Source: the human T2T-CHM13v2.0 reference genome, Homo sapiens | NCBI RefSeq assembly: GCF_009914755.1 | Contig: NC_060929.1 | DNA length: 64,000 nucleotides | Strand: one strand, 5' to 3' | Shown here: one piece after another, positions 47,128-64,000 of the stretch | Position numbering within the stretch: the first letter of the stretch is position 1 | How the letters are laid out: every line of letters starts with the position of its first letter | Notes under the pieces: model-generated | What the model saw: only the letters and a program-made list of their open reading frames with translations | Told to the model about the DNA's origin: nothing | The model's database searches: none | Position numbers and translations under genes: made by a program

Positions 47128-47841
47128 TAAGAAGCCCCTTTTAAATGGCAGCTACTCACCTGAAATCACACCTCATTCTTGGCAGGAATCCCTAAGAACA
47201 TAGAGGACATACAGAAAACCAATCATCCGACCTAACCCCAAGTGCCATGGGACAGTGGCAGCCACTGCATTGCCATTTCACTCTACAGGATATTAAGCCC
47301 TGAGGGAGGGGTTCATCCCTCTCGATCTGTTTGGCAGAGTGGCTGAGGAAGACATGAGGTTAAAATAACAGTGAAAAGGAAATGATGCAATTCCCCCTCC
47401 AATCAGTTGTTTCCCTCTTTGCTTTTTGCTTTCCCAGAGTGGGAACATCTGAGCCCCTGCATTTCTGTGCTTCCTCCTGGCTGTCAGGTCAATCATCTTG
47501 TCGCTGCTTTTTTTGTTTCATGTCCTTTGTATCCGGTCTTCACATGCTCACCTCCCTTCCTCTCCATGACCCTTTTCCCCATGGAATGGCTTCTTGGACT
47601 TGTTTGACTACACCCGCTTCCCCATTTGCTTCATGAACGTCGCATCACTTCACTTCTTTGTCTTCCAGTCCTTACTTAGTGCACTTGCTTAGCTGTCTCC
47701 CGTGTTAAAGTTCTGATGCCCTTGTCTGTTTACACTGGTCTGTTTTCCAGTGCAGTCTCACTTCTCTGCTGCTTCTCTGGCATAGTCCAATTTTCACTTC
47801 CATCAAGGGCAGCCAGCTGTGTACCTGAGCTTCAGACTTGA

Positions 47842-48430
47842 TTTTTGTTCTTTTTTGTCTTTTTCTTTTTTCTTTTTTTTTTTTTTTTGAGACAAAGTCT
47901 GGCTCTGTTGCTCAGGCTGGAGTGCAGTGGCACGACCTCAGGTCACTGCAACCTCTGCCTCCAGGTTCAAGCAATTCTCCTGCCTCAGCGTCCAGAGTAG
48001 CAGGGATTATAGGCACCTGCCACCACGCCTAGCTACTTTTTTGTCTTTTTAGTAGAGATGCGGTTTCACCATGTTGGCCAGGCTGGTCTCAAACTCCTGA
48101 CCTCAAGTTATCCACCCACCTCGGCCTCCCAAAGTGCTGGGATGACAGGCGTGAGCCACTGCACCTGGGCTTGCTTTTTCTTCTTAATATGGTTTCTCCT
48201 TTGTGACTTCCTGTGTTCAGAATCCAGCCTCATCACACATTAGCTATGTGGTTCTGGCAAAGTTACTGTCTCTCTCTATTCCTCGGTGTCCTCCTCTGTA
48301 AAATGGAGATGGTGCTAGTATTTCTCTTGCAGGATTCTCATGAAGATTAAATGAGATATTTAATATATGGAAAGTGTTAAGGACATTTCCTGGCACATAG
48401 TAGTTAGCCAGTACACGTTCTTACTATTGT
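47842..48430. mobile_element. AluS (about 47842-48170, minus) followed by MIR
   Basis: Alu body; MIR core ctctgtaaaatggagat. Confidence 0.8.
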
Positions 48431-49014
48431 GTTGTTGGTAGTATTATATGGTTCTGCCATTTTGATTCACAAGAATTCCTCAAAAGCAGCAAACACAGAG
48501 GCAGCTTCATGGTGGAGGGACAGAGGGCAGGTTTGAGGGTGGCTAGGTGGAAGGACCACGTGTGTGTCCCCTGCCAGTTTAGTTTTCCCTGACTCATCCC
48601 TTTTAAAGACTTGGGAGGAAAGTTGCCTGTCCTTCAAGGACAAGGGGAAGACATTGTTCTTGGTTACCAGATATGTGATAAAATGAAGAATAAAGTCATT
48701 TGGGTAAACATTGACTTGGTAGAAATTTCTTTTAAAGCATAATGAAATGAAAACAAGCAATGCTCAGTAGGATCAGCACTCCATCTGTTTTGTTCCCTTC
48801 TGATGCTGCATCAAGATTCCTAAATGTAGTTTGGATTTTGAGAACATCTGGAATCAGCCAAGCACATTTCTGAAGGATTGACATTATCATCTGTATTTCT
48901 TGCTGCTTAGTTAGGCCTGCTGACTGTGCATTGACCTCCAAAGATGAGGCCCACCAGTGTGTTCATTCAGACAGTGTCCACAGCTCAGGGTAACTTAAGG
49001 ATCCCTGTGGGGAC

Positions 49015-49029
49015 TGTGTGTGTGTGTGT

Positions 49030-49062
<33 letters not shown>
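49015..49062. repeat. (TG)n microsatellite
   Basis: About 24 units with one TA interruption. Confidence 0.95.
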
Positions 49063-49063
<1 letters not shown>

Positions 49064-49290
49064 CTGCATGCATGCACAATTTACCTTTGTTTCTGATTAT
49101 AAAGGTAATAATGTTCATTACTGAGAGACTGGAAAAAGAAAAGAAAAAGGTAAAGAAGCATTCATAGTCAACAAACATTCATAATCCAATCACCAAGAAA
49201 TAGCCACCCTTAATATTGTGATGCATATGTGAAGGATTTTACACATATACACACATATATATATTACTCCATGTTTTTTTTAAAGCCTAA

Positions 49291-49779
49291 CTATGACGAT
49301 ATTGAAAATACTTTTAGAGGAAGTTGGGGGGTGGAGCCAAGATGGCCGAATAGGAACAGCTCCAGTCTACATCTCCCAGCATGGGCGATGCAGAAGATGG
49401 GTGATTTCTGCATTTCCGGCTGAGGTACCGGGTTCATCTTACTAGGGAGTGTCGGAAAGTGGGTGCAGGACAGTGGGTGCAGTGCACAGAGCGTGAGCCA
49501 AAGCAGGGCGAGGCATCGCCTCACCCGGGAAGCACAAGGGGTCAGGGAATTCCCTTTCCTAGTCAAAGAAAGGGGTGACAGACAGCACCTGGAAAATGGG
49601 GTTACTCCCACCCTAATACTGCGCTTTTCCAACGGTCTTAGCAAACGACACACCAGAAGATTATATCCCGCGCCTGGCTCAGAGGGTCCTACACGCGCAG
49701 AGCCTCGCTCATTGCTAGCACAGCAGTCTGAGATCAAACTGCAAGGTGGCAGTGAGGCTGGGGGAGGGGCGCGTGCCAT
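49291..49779 (-). CDS. L1 antisense ORF0-like ORF (162 aa, expression unknown)
   Basis: MARAPPPASLPPCSLISDCCASN... matches primate L1 ORF0; ATG in gcaATGg context; open through the L1 5' end. Confidence 0.45.
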   Translation of the reverse strand: MARAPPPASLPPCSLISDCCASNERGSARVGPSEPGAGYNLLVCRLLRPLEKRSIRVGVTPFSRCCLSPLSLTRKGNSLTPCASRVRRCLALLWLTLCALHPLSCTHFPTLPSKMNPVPQPEMQKSPIFCIAHAGRCRLELFLFGHLGSTPQLPLKVFSISS

Positions 49780-50355
49780 TGCCGAGGCTGGAGTAGGTAA
49801 ACAAAGCAGCCAGGAAGCTCGAACTGGATGGAGCCCACTGCAGCTCAAGGAGGCTCCCCTGCCTCTATAGACTCCACCTCTGGGGGACAGGGCATAGCCA
49901 AACAAAAGGCAGCAGAATCCTCTGCAGACTTAAATGTCCCTGTCTGACAGCTTTGAAGACAGTAGTGGTTCTCCCAGCATGCAGCTGGAGATCTGAGAAC
50001 AGACAGACTGGCTCCTCAAGTGGGTCCCTGACCCCCGAGTAGCCTAACTGGGAGGCATCCCCCAATAGGGGCAGACTGACACCTCACACGGCCGGGTACT
50101 CCTCTGAGACAAAACTTCCAGAGGAACAATCAGGCAGCAACATTTGCTGTTCACCAATATCCGCTGTTCTGCAGCCTCCGCTGCTGATACCCAGGCAAAC
50201 AAGGTCTGGAGTGGACCTCCAGCAAACTCCAACAGACCTGCAGCTGAGGGTCCTGACTGTTAGAAGGAAAACTAACAAACGGAAAGGACATCCACACCAA
50301 AACCCCATCTGTACATCACCATCATCAAAGACCAAAGGTAGATAAAACCACAAAG

Positions 50356-51373
50356 ATGGGGAAAAAACAGAGCAGAAAAACTGGAAACTCTAAAAATCAG
50401 AGTGCCTCTCCTCCTCCAAAGGAACGCAGCTCCTCACCAGCAACGGAACAAAGCTGGACGGAGAATGTCTTTGATGAGTTGAGAGAAGAAAGCTTCAGAC
50501 AATCAAACTACTCTGAGCTAAAGGAGGAAGTCCGAACCCATGGCAAAGAAGTTAAAAACCTTGAAAAAAAAATTAGACGAATGGCTAACTAGAATAACCA
50601 ATGCAGAGAAGTCCTTAAAGGACCTGACGGAGCTGAAAACCATGGCATGAGAACTACGTGACAAATGCACAAGCCTCAGTAACCGATGCGAACAACTGGA
50701 AGAAAGGGTATCGGTGATGGAAGACGAAATGAGTGAAATGAAGCACGAAGAGAAGTTTAGAGAAAAAAAGAAAAAAAAGAAACAAACAAAGCCTCCAAGA
50801 AATATGGGACTATGTGAAAAGACCAAACCTCTGTCTGATTGGTGTACCTGAAAGTGACGGGGAGAATGGAACCAAGTTGGAAAACACTCTGCAGGATATT
50901 ATCCAGGAGAACTTCCCCAATCTAGCAAGGCAGGCCAACATTCAGATTCAGGAAATACAGAGAACGCCACAAAGATACTCCTCGAGAAGAGCAACTCCAA
51001 GACACATAATTGTCAGATTCATCAAAGTTGAAATGAAGGAAAAAATGTTAAGGGCAGCCAGAGAGAAAGGTCGGGTTACCCACAAAGGGAAGCCCATCAG
51101 ACTAAAAGCTGATCTCTCAGCAGAAACTCTACAAGCCAGAAGAGAGTAGGGACAATATTCAACATTCTTGAAGAAAAGAATTTTCAACCCAGAATTTCAT
51201 ATCCAGCCAAACTAAGCTTCATAAGTGAAGGAGAAATAAAATCCTTTACAGACAATCAAATGCTGAGAGGTTTTGTCACCACCAGGCCTGCCTTACAAGA
51301 GCTCCTGAAGGAAGCACTAAACATGGAAAGGAACAACCAGTACCAGCCACTGCAAAAACATTCCAAATTGTAA
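50356..51373 (+). pseudogene. L1 ORF1p, disrupted
   Basis: MGKKQSRKTGNSKNQSASPPPKERSSSP start; frameshifts and premature stops. Confidence 0.92.
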
Positions 51374-51436
51374 AGACCATCGAGGCTAGGAAGAAACTGC
51401 ATCAACTAATGAGCAAAATAACCAGCTAACATAGTA

Positions 51437-54322
<2,886 letters not shown>

Positions 54323-54411
54323 TAGACAAATTTATTTCAAGCTGGTACTGTAAGGTGGAAACCCAGTGATGGATGTGACTTGCTTCCCCCACGGACCTTG
54401 CATTCTAATGG

Positions 54412-55207
54412 TGATATGGACAGGAGACAGGGAAATACTGGGTAGAAGAGGGCAGTTCCCTGGCAAAGGCCCCACCCTCAGGCCTGGAAACCTGCGGCCC
54501 TAAATTGGGAACAGGCATTCCTGTTTTCATGCTCAAAGGCTGCCTTTTGGCCCACCATGCCACCCCATCCTGTACCCATATAAACCCCAAGCCCCACGCT
54601 CCACAAGCAGATGAACAGAGGAACAGAAGAGCAGACGAGCAGCAGAGGAGAGGAGAGAAGGAGCGTCTGAATGTCAAGAGGAGTTTGGCTGGGGATAGTC
54701 GGAGAGGAGATCAGCTGCTGGATGGCCAAACTCCAGGGGAAGATCATCTTCCCACTCCATCCCTGATCCAGCTGCCCATCCATTCTGCTGAGAGCCACCT
54801 TCACAACTTAATAAAACCCCTGCATTCACCATCCTTCAAGTGTATGTGTGACCTGATTTTTCCTGGATGCTGGACAAGAGCTCGGGATGTGGGAAGCTGT
54901 CACACTGGCCCTCTGCCCTTGCAAAAAGTCAGAGGGTCCACTGAGCTGTTTTACACTTAAGCTGTCTGCAGATGGCAGAGCTAAGAGAGTGCACTGTAAC
55001 ACACACCCACCTGGGCTTCGGGAGCCGCAGGCACCCACAACTGGATGTGGTCATGGGGCCAGAGTCCAGGGGTGCTCACTCCGGCTCCTGTACCTGCCTG
55101 TCTGCGTGCTCCCCTTCCCATAAGGGGTTTGAGCGTGCACAGAGGCCAAACAAGCCATATCCCTGTTGCATGTTCTGCGAGGAGGGTCAGGAAACTCTCC
55201 CGTTTCA
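54412..55207 (+). mobile_element. ERV1 solo LTR, LTR1-like
   Basis: tgatatggacaggagacagggaaatactgggtagaagaggg...tttca; TSD ATGG; internal TATAAA and AATAAA. Confidence 0.85.
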
Positions 55208-55569
55208 ATGGGCAAACTCAGGAACAGGCCATGATGAGAAGAGGGCTTGTCATCCGCAGCTACCTGGAGCACTATGGCAATAATTTACATCTTGAAAAAA
55301 TTGTTCCTGACTTCAAAATACAGAGGAACTTAGATTGCTAACTGGAGCCTGGAATCTTATTAAAGGTAATTCTTGGATAACGAAAATATTTTTCTTCCAT
55401 AGTTATAGAGTTTAGATTTTTAAGTAGTTTTACATTTTTTTAAGCAATTTATACTTCTCATGAAAACCTTTTTCATTGAGACTGTGTAGTTTATTAAGAT
55501 AAAGATGGTTATTGTATTTCTTTATAATTAGAAAACTCCTCCAAAAATATTTTGTAAATTCTCATTGTC

Positions 55570-55989
55570 TTTTTTTCTTTTTTCTTTTTTCTTTTGAGAC
55601 AGAGTCTCATTCTGTTGCCCTGGCTGGAGTGCAGAGTCTCAATCTTGGCTCATTGCAACCTCCACCTCCCGGGTTCAAGTGATTCCCGTGCCTTGGCCTC
55701 CTGAGTAGCTGAGATTACAGGCGTGCACCACCACACCCAGCTAATTTTTTTTTTAATTTTTATTTTACTTTAAGTTCCAGGATACATGTACAGAACATGC
55801 AGGTTTGTTACATAGGTATATGTGTGCCATGGTGCTTTGCTGCACCTATCACACCCAGCTAATTTTTGTATTTTTAGTAGAGATGGGGTTTCATCAGTTG
55901 GCCAAGCAGGTCTCAAACAACCCGCCTGCCTTGGTACTTTGTAATCCCAAAGTGCTGGGATTACAGGCGTGAGCCACCATGCCCAGCCT
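55570..55989 (-). mobile_element. AluS with a short L1 inserted in its linker
   Basis: Alu halves flank the L1 piece at 55750-55850. Confidence 0.88.
55750..55850 (-). mobile_element. About 100-bp 5'-truncated L1PA 3' end
   Basis: tactttaagttc...tttgttacataggtat...gctgcacc; 17-bp TSD acacccagctaattttt. Confidence 0.88.
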
Positions 55990-56659
55990 TTCATTGTCTT
56001 TAAAATGAATTTTTATAAAACTCAAAATCTTATAGTTATTTATTGTCTACTGTGTTTGTATGGTCTGAATCATTTATTTTCTGCTTTAATGTGTATGATA
56101 TCCTCTCTGTATGGCCCTTGGTAGATTTCATATTTTTCCTAACATTTTGGTTAGTGATTATTGTTATGTTTAATATAGTAATCGTGTAAAGTTCTGAAAG
56201 TTTCCTAATATGACCACTTGGACTGAATCCTTTAAATGTTCATGTTTAGGACTTTCAGTTTTTGCTATGTGGTGAACTGGATAACGTGAAAATCTTTCCC
56301 ACCACAAATATATAGAGATGCTATTTATCCTATAATATACAGTCTTTTAAATACATAGCCAGGCCTTCCAAAAAAAAAAGAGAAGTTGCCAGGGACCAGA
56401 AAAATAGTTACAGCACAGGAAGTAACACTGCCGTTTCTCTAGGGTAGGATGGGAGTTATAAAGAAGGAGTTGTCAGTGTCATTAATTGAGGGGTTTATGA
56501 TTTAATTCTCACACAAGTATAGGAGATAATGCCTTGGGCTCATGCAAGGTAGTGTTGAAACTGAAACATCATAAATCTAGAACTCTTAAAGGGATACATC
56601 AGTAGTTAAAGGGTAGATTAAGCACACATCCACCCTAAAAGCCACTCACCAGCAAAATC

Positions 56660-58268
<1,609 letters not shown>

Positions 58269-58347
58269 GTATGGAAGACCAGGTTTGCCATAGGATCTGG
58301 ATGGGGCAAATGTCTCCTCTAAGAATTCATAAACCTAGATTTGCTCA

Positions 58348-58762
<415 letters not shown>

Positions 58763-59012
58763 TATAGACTACATAATGAAATCAACCCTCCACAAGGGAC
58801 TAAGGATCTGCAGACACTATAAATAGTGGGATTAGCCATCCTAGAGCTTCCACAATTAGAACAATTTGATAGATATGATAAGATAAATTATTTCAAAATG
58901 ACAACAAAGGACATAAAAGAAAAATGAACAATAATTGGGAGTTCAATAAATAAACTATGGAACATCAATATAACCTACATGCTATCTGAGCTTCCTATCC
59001 ATTGATATTTAA

Positions 59013-59345
<333 letters not shown>

Positions 59346-60032
59346 TCTATGGGAAAATTAATACTCTCTTTAAGACTTTTTTGAATTTCCAGGGACCAAG
59401 TTCTTTTGGGCACTTACAGTGCTGAGCTCTGGCTCTTAATCAACCCTAGGTTTCACCATCCCCCAGGCTGAAAGTCACCCCACACACATCACTCATCTTT
59501 GTTTGGAGCATCTTCAAACTACTCTGGTGAGGCACCTGTATTCATTGGAGGCTTTATTAAAGGTTGGGGGGTGGGTGTTGGTGTTATGTTAGTGGCATTG
59601 TAGAGTCCCGAACATTTCTCCCCCCACCATATTGCTGTACCTGTTTCCCTGTCCACCTAGTTTAGTCCTTTGCTTTCAGTTCCAAAGACTCACAAAGGAT
59701 ATGTCTATTCTGGGTTCATGCTCTTTAGTTAACTAGGAGGATTGGGAGGGTTTAGGAGTGTTAGATTTGACTTTGGCGGTCTCTGCAAATAGAATGACAC
59801 TGTAAATTTTCCCCATTGATAGCAATTATGTAACCCCCATGCTCAGAAAGCAGAAGCATTTACTACCAGTTTTTTTTAACACATTTACTCATAAATATGT
59901 AAATTTACATGTAAAACTTATTTATATCATCACACTACTTATATATAATTCCATGTAGCTATTAAAGTTGATACTATATTGTTAAGTGAAAAAAAAGCAG
60001 GATATAAAACAATATGAACCTAATTAAAAAAA

Positions 60033-60313
60033 TTTTTTTTGAGAGAGTGTTTCACTTTGTCACCCAGGCTGGAGTGCAGTGGCGCAAACAGCTCACTGTA
60101 AGCTCTGCCTCTTGGACTCAAGCGATCCTTCTTCCTCAGCCCCCCAAGTGGCTGGGACTACAGGCGTGGACCACCACACCGGGCTAATTTTTGTATTTTT
60201 TGTAGAGACAGTGTTTCGCCGTGTTGCCCAAGCTGGTCTCAAATTCCAGAACTCAAGGATCTGTCCACCTCTACCTCCTATAGTGTTGGGATTACAGATG
60301 TGAGCCACTGGTC
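60033..60313 (-). mobile_element. AluJ
   Basis: Diverged Alu body. Confidence 0.88.
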
Positions 60314-60341
60314 CTAATTTTGTTTTAAAAAATATGCCGAC

Positions 60342-60711
<370 letters not shown>

Positions 60712-60737
60712 TTAACAGTGAATGGTTAGATTGTAGA

Positions 60738-61067
60738 TGCATTAGTCTGCTCAGACTGCCATAAGGAAATATCACAAACTGAGTGGTTTAAACAACGGAA
60801 ATCTATTAATTTATTTTCTTGCAGTTCTAGAGGCTAGAAGCTGCCTTCTCACTGTGTCCTCACATGGGCTTTCCTCTGTATGTGCATGGAGAGAGAGATA
60901 TCTGGGCTTTCTGCTTGCAAGGACACCAGTCCTATTGGATTAGGGTCCCATGCTTATGATTTCATTTAACCTTAATTAGCTCTTTAAAGGCCCCATCTCC
61001 AAATACAGTCACATTGGAGGTTAGGGCTTCAACATACGAATTTTGATGGGACACAATTCAGTCCATA
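60738..61067 (-). mobile_element. MLT1A-like MaLR LTR
   Basis: attagtctgctcagactgccata...acacaattcagtccata. Confidence 0.8.
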
Positions 61068-61744
61068 GCAATGGGTATTTTCTTCCTTATATATTTTTCT
61101 GTATCATTTAAGAAACCATAATGAACATGTATTACTCTTGTAATCAGAAAATGAAAGGTTACTTTAGTAAAAGAGATTCTATTGTCTAGATTGAGCAAAA
61201 CCATCATACACAGAACCTTTACCAAACTGCATCTCAGTAAAGTCTGTTGTTCCATGGTCCATATTGATTGCAAACATTTACTGAATCCCTCCCTTTGGGT
61301 TTAGAGAAAGGACTAAATTACAAAGGACTAGGAATGGTAGAAGAATCTTTGGGGTCCTGGTGGGGCCAGAGCTGGCTGTGGAATGCTGGGAAGAACTTAG
61401 TGATCTGAGTGTGTGTCCTGAGATGGCCTACCCTGGGGGGCACTTTTTTATGTGCACTTTCCTCTTATTCCAGACTCCACAGGATCTGTTCTCAATGCTA
61501 GATTTACAGAAGGCAGTGGTAAATCTCATTAATCCACAAGGACCCATGAGGGCTCATCTGACATCAAGGGCTGACAGTAATGACTGGAGTATTCTGAGCC
61601 ATCCCTAAGGCAGGATGCTCTTGGCAATTTTATATTTAAGCCTTCATCTCCACCTCTGAAGTTTTGATCTCCTGACTGGAGAGTTTGAATGGAAATGGGG
61701 ACTGTTTCCAAAATAGGAAGATGCATCCTGACCAACCCCATCAA

Positions 61745-62290
61745 GGTTAAGAGCATGAACTTTGGAGCTGCACTGCTTGCAATTAAGTCCTGGTTCCATC
61801 GTTACCCCCTGCGTGACCATGGGCAAATTATTAGCCTACAGTGCCTCAGTTTCTTCATCTGTGAAGTAAGGATATAATTTTTCCTATGTCCTAAGGATTA
61901 AATGAGTGAAACTCATCAGTAGCACTAAATAGGGCATAAGCTCTATATAAGTGTAATTTGATAAACAGATAACTACGGGTAGTGATAACCTCTATCTCAG
62001 TAAGGTCAGGACGCCAAAGGCAGGTTCTCTAATTCTCTCAAGAGTCTCTGACCATTGCTAAACTGAATACAGCACGGTCCCCATGCACTGCATCAAGCTC
62101 CTGGGTGAAACTGACCAACGTCATGAAATGTTACAGCTGAGGGGACCCTCAGAGTTGCAGTTCAGCCCCTTTATTTTGTACTTGGAAAAACAGACCCAGG
62201 AGGCCTGAGTCACTTGCTCAGCTGCACACAGCTGGTTTATGGCAGGACCACAGCCAGAATGCCTGGCTCCAAACACAGTTTTCTTATGTT
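61745..62290. mobile_element. MIR fragments (two)
   Basis: gcctcagtttcttcatctgtgaa, and cttggaaaaacagacccag...gtcacttgctca. Confidence 0.6.
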
Positions 62291-62469
62291 AAGTTGAAAT
62301 TACTTTTTCCCCCTCCATAAATATCTGATATAGCCAAGCATGCATGTAATTTGGTAAGAGGAAATAATTCATGAGTAAGTCTCTTTCTGAATAAATAGAT
62401 TACATTTATTAGCATGCTTTCAGATTACAAATTATCTAATCATTATCCTTATTGAAAATACTCCATGTC

Positions 62470-62735
62470 CTTGCGATAGTTTGCTGAGAATGGTTTCCAG
62501 CTTCATCCATGTCCCTACAAAGGACATGAACTCATCCTTTTTTATGACTGCGTAGTATTCCACGGTGTATATGTGCCACAGTTTCTTAATCCAGTCAGGG
62601 ATAGCATTAGGAGATATACCTAATGTTAAATGATGAGTTAATGGGTGCAGCACACCAACATGGCACATGTATGCATATGTAACAAACCTGCACATTGTGC
62701 ACATGTACCCTAAAACTTAAAGTATAATTAAAAAA
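62470..62735 (+). mobile_element. Short twin-primed (5'-inverted) L1PA3/4-like insertion
   Basis: Inverted segment 62470-62596, sense 3' end 62597-62735; TSD aaaatactccatgtc. Confidence 0.9.
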
Positions 62736-63005
62736 AAAATACTCCATGTCAAACATAAATTGTAGCTCTGAGAATGTGAACTATATTGCTGGTGAACTTT
62801 GTCCTAGGCTAAAGTCTTTCCCTCCTTCAGTCTTTTATTTACATTCTCACTTCTTTTCTTCTATTCCTGTGGAATGTTGCCAAATGGTGCTCCTATATTT
62901 AATAATATTAAGTTTTAAAAATCCACTACTTTAACACGTCTAATTTTCTGAGAGTTATCTTTTTGTTCTTGTCCATATGCACATAGATTTTTACATAGTT
63001 GTTTT

Positions 63006-63709
63006 CTTTTTTTTTTTTATTATACTTTAAGTTTTAGGGTACATGTGCACATTGTGCAGGTTAGTTACATATGTATACATGTGCCATGCTGGTGCGCTGC
63101 ACCCACTAACTCGTCATCTAGCATTAGGTATATCTCCCAATGCTATCCCTCCCCACCACCCCCCACCCCACCGCAGTCCCCAGAGTGTGATATTCCCCTT
63201 CCTGTGTCCATGTGATCTCATTGTTCAATTCCCACCTATGAGTGAGAATATGCGGTGTTTGTTTTTTTGTTCTTGCGATAGTTTACTGAGAATGATGATT
63301 TCCAATTTCATCCATGTCCCTACAAAGGACATGAACTCATCATTTTTTATGGCTGCGTAGTATTCCATGGTGTATATGTGCCACATTTTCTTAATCCAGT
63401 CTATCATTGTTGGACATTTGGGTTGGTTCCAAGTCTTTGCTATTGTGAATAATGCCGCAATAAACATACGTGTGCATGTGTCTTTATAGCAGCATGATTT
63501 ATAGTCATTTGGGTATATACCCAGTAATGGGATGGCTGGGTCAAATGGTATTTCTAGTTCGAGATCCCTGAGGAATCGCCACACTGACTTCCACAATGGT
63601 TGAACTAGTTTACAGTCCCACCAACAGTGTAAAAGTGTTCCTATTTCTCCACATCCTCTCAATATCCAGAATCTACAATGAACTCAAACAAATTTACAAG
63701 AAAAAAGCA
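63006..63709 (-). mobile_element. Twin-primed (5'-inverted) L1PA2-like insertion
   Basis: Minus-strand 3' end including the ORF2 Cys-rich tail (63006-63660) and an inverted piece at 63661-63709; TSD tac(a/g)tagttgtttt. Confidence 0.9.
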
Positions 63710-64000
63710 TACGTAGTTGTTTTCACGGTACTCACAAAACTTTGAAGTCTGCTTTTCTCATCTGATGATATTTATAAACATTTTATATGTCCACAAATAT
63801 CCCATAAACACCAATTTTTAATGAATGCATAATTCATTATAATCAAACTAGCCATAAAACTATTAAGTTATTTTCTTATTGCTAACATTTGAATTGTCTC
63901 TGTTTTGGGTTGTTGAATGTGATGCTATAATATATGCTTTTTTACATAGACTCAGAACTGGAATTATGTGGTCAGAGGTAAGAATATTTTCATAGCCAAA

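Noticed and set aside
54405-55341. Overlapping 70-151 aa ORFs
   Set aside because: They lie in a GC-rich solo LTR and resemble no protein I recognise.
63225-63662. 145-aa Cys-rich ORF
   Set aside because: C-terminal tail of L1 ORF2 in a truncated insertion with no promoter or genuine start.

Overview
Primate (almost certainly human) genomic DNA, repeat-dense and with no prokaryotic features. The only host coding sequence I recognise is the final coding exon of importin-11 (IPO11, + strand, 20867-21031), followed by its 3' UTR to a probable ATTAAA poly(A) signal near 22272. Bases 1-20866 are most likely the last IPO11 intron and the rest is intergenic. The window holds about 36 Alus or Alu fragments, several ERV1 solo LTRs (LTR1-like x2, MER4A1, MER61-like, MER41B, MER50), MaLR LTRs, DNA-transposon fossils (Charlie1, MER20, MER5, MER1B, MER33, Tigger4), old L1M/L2/MIR pieces, one 5'-intact but 3'-truncated L1PA and two adjacent twin-primed L1 insertions. 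Almost all listed ORFs come from repeats or are chance ORFs. I found no convincing new multi-gene system. The most interesting signals are several locally templated insertion scars, an open and extended L1 ORF0, a MER41B retaining one GAS motif, and a faint possible Gypsy-integrase fossil. Repeat subfamily names are from remembered consensus sequences, not a database search, and boundaries of old elements are approximate.
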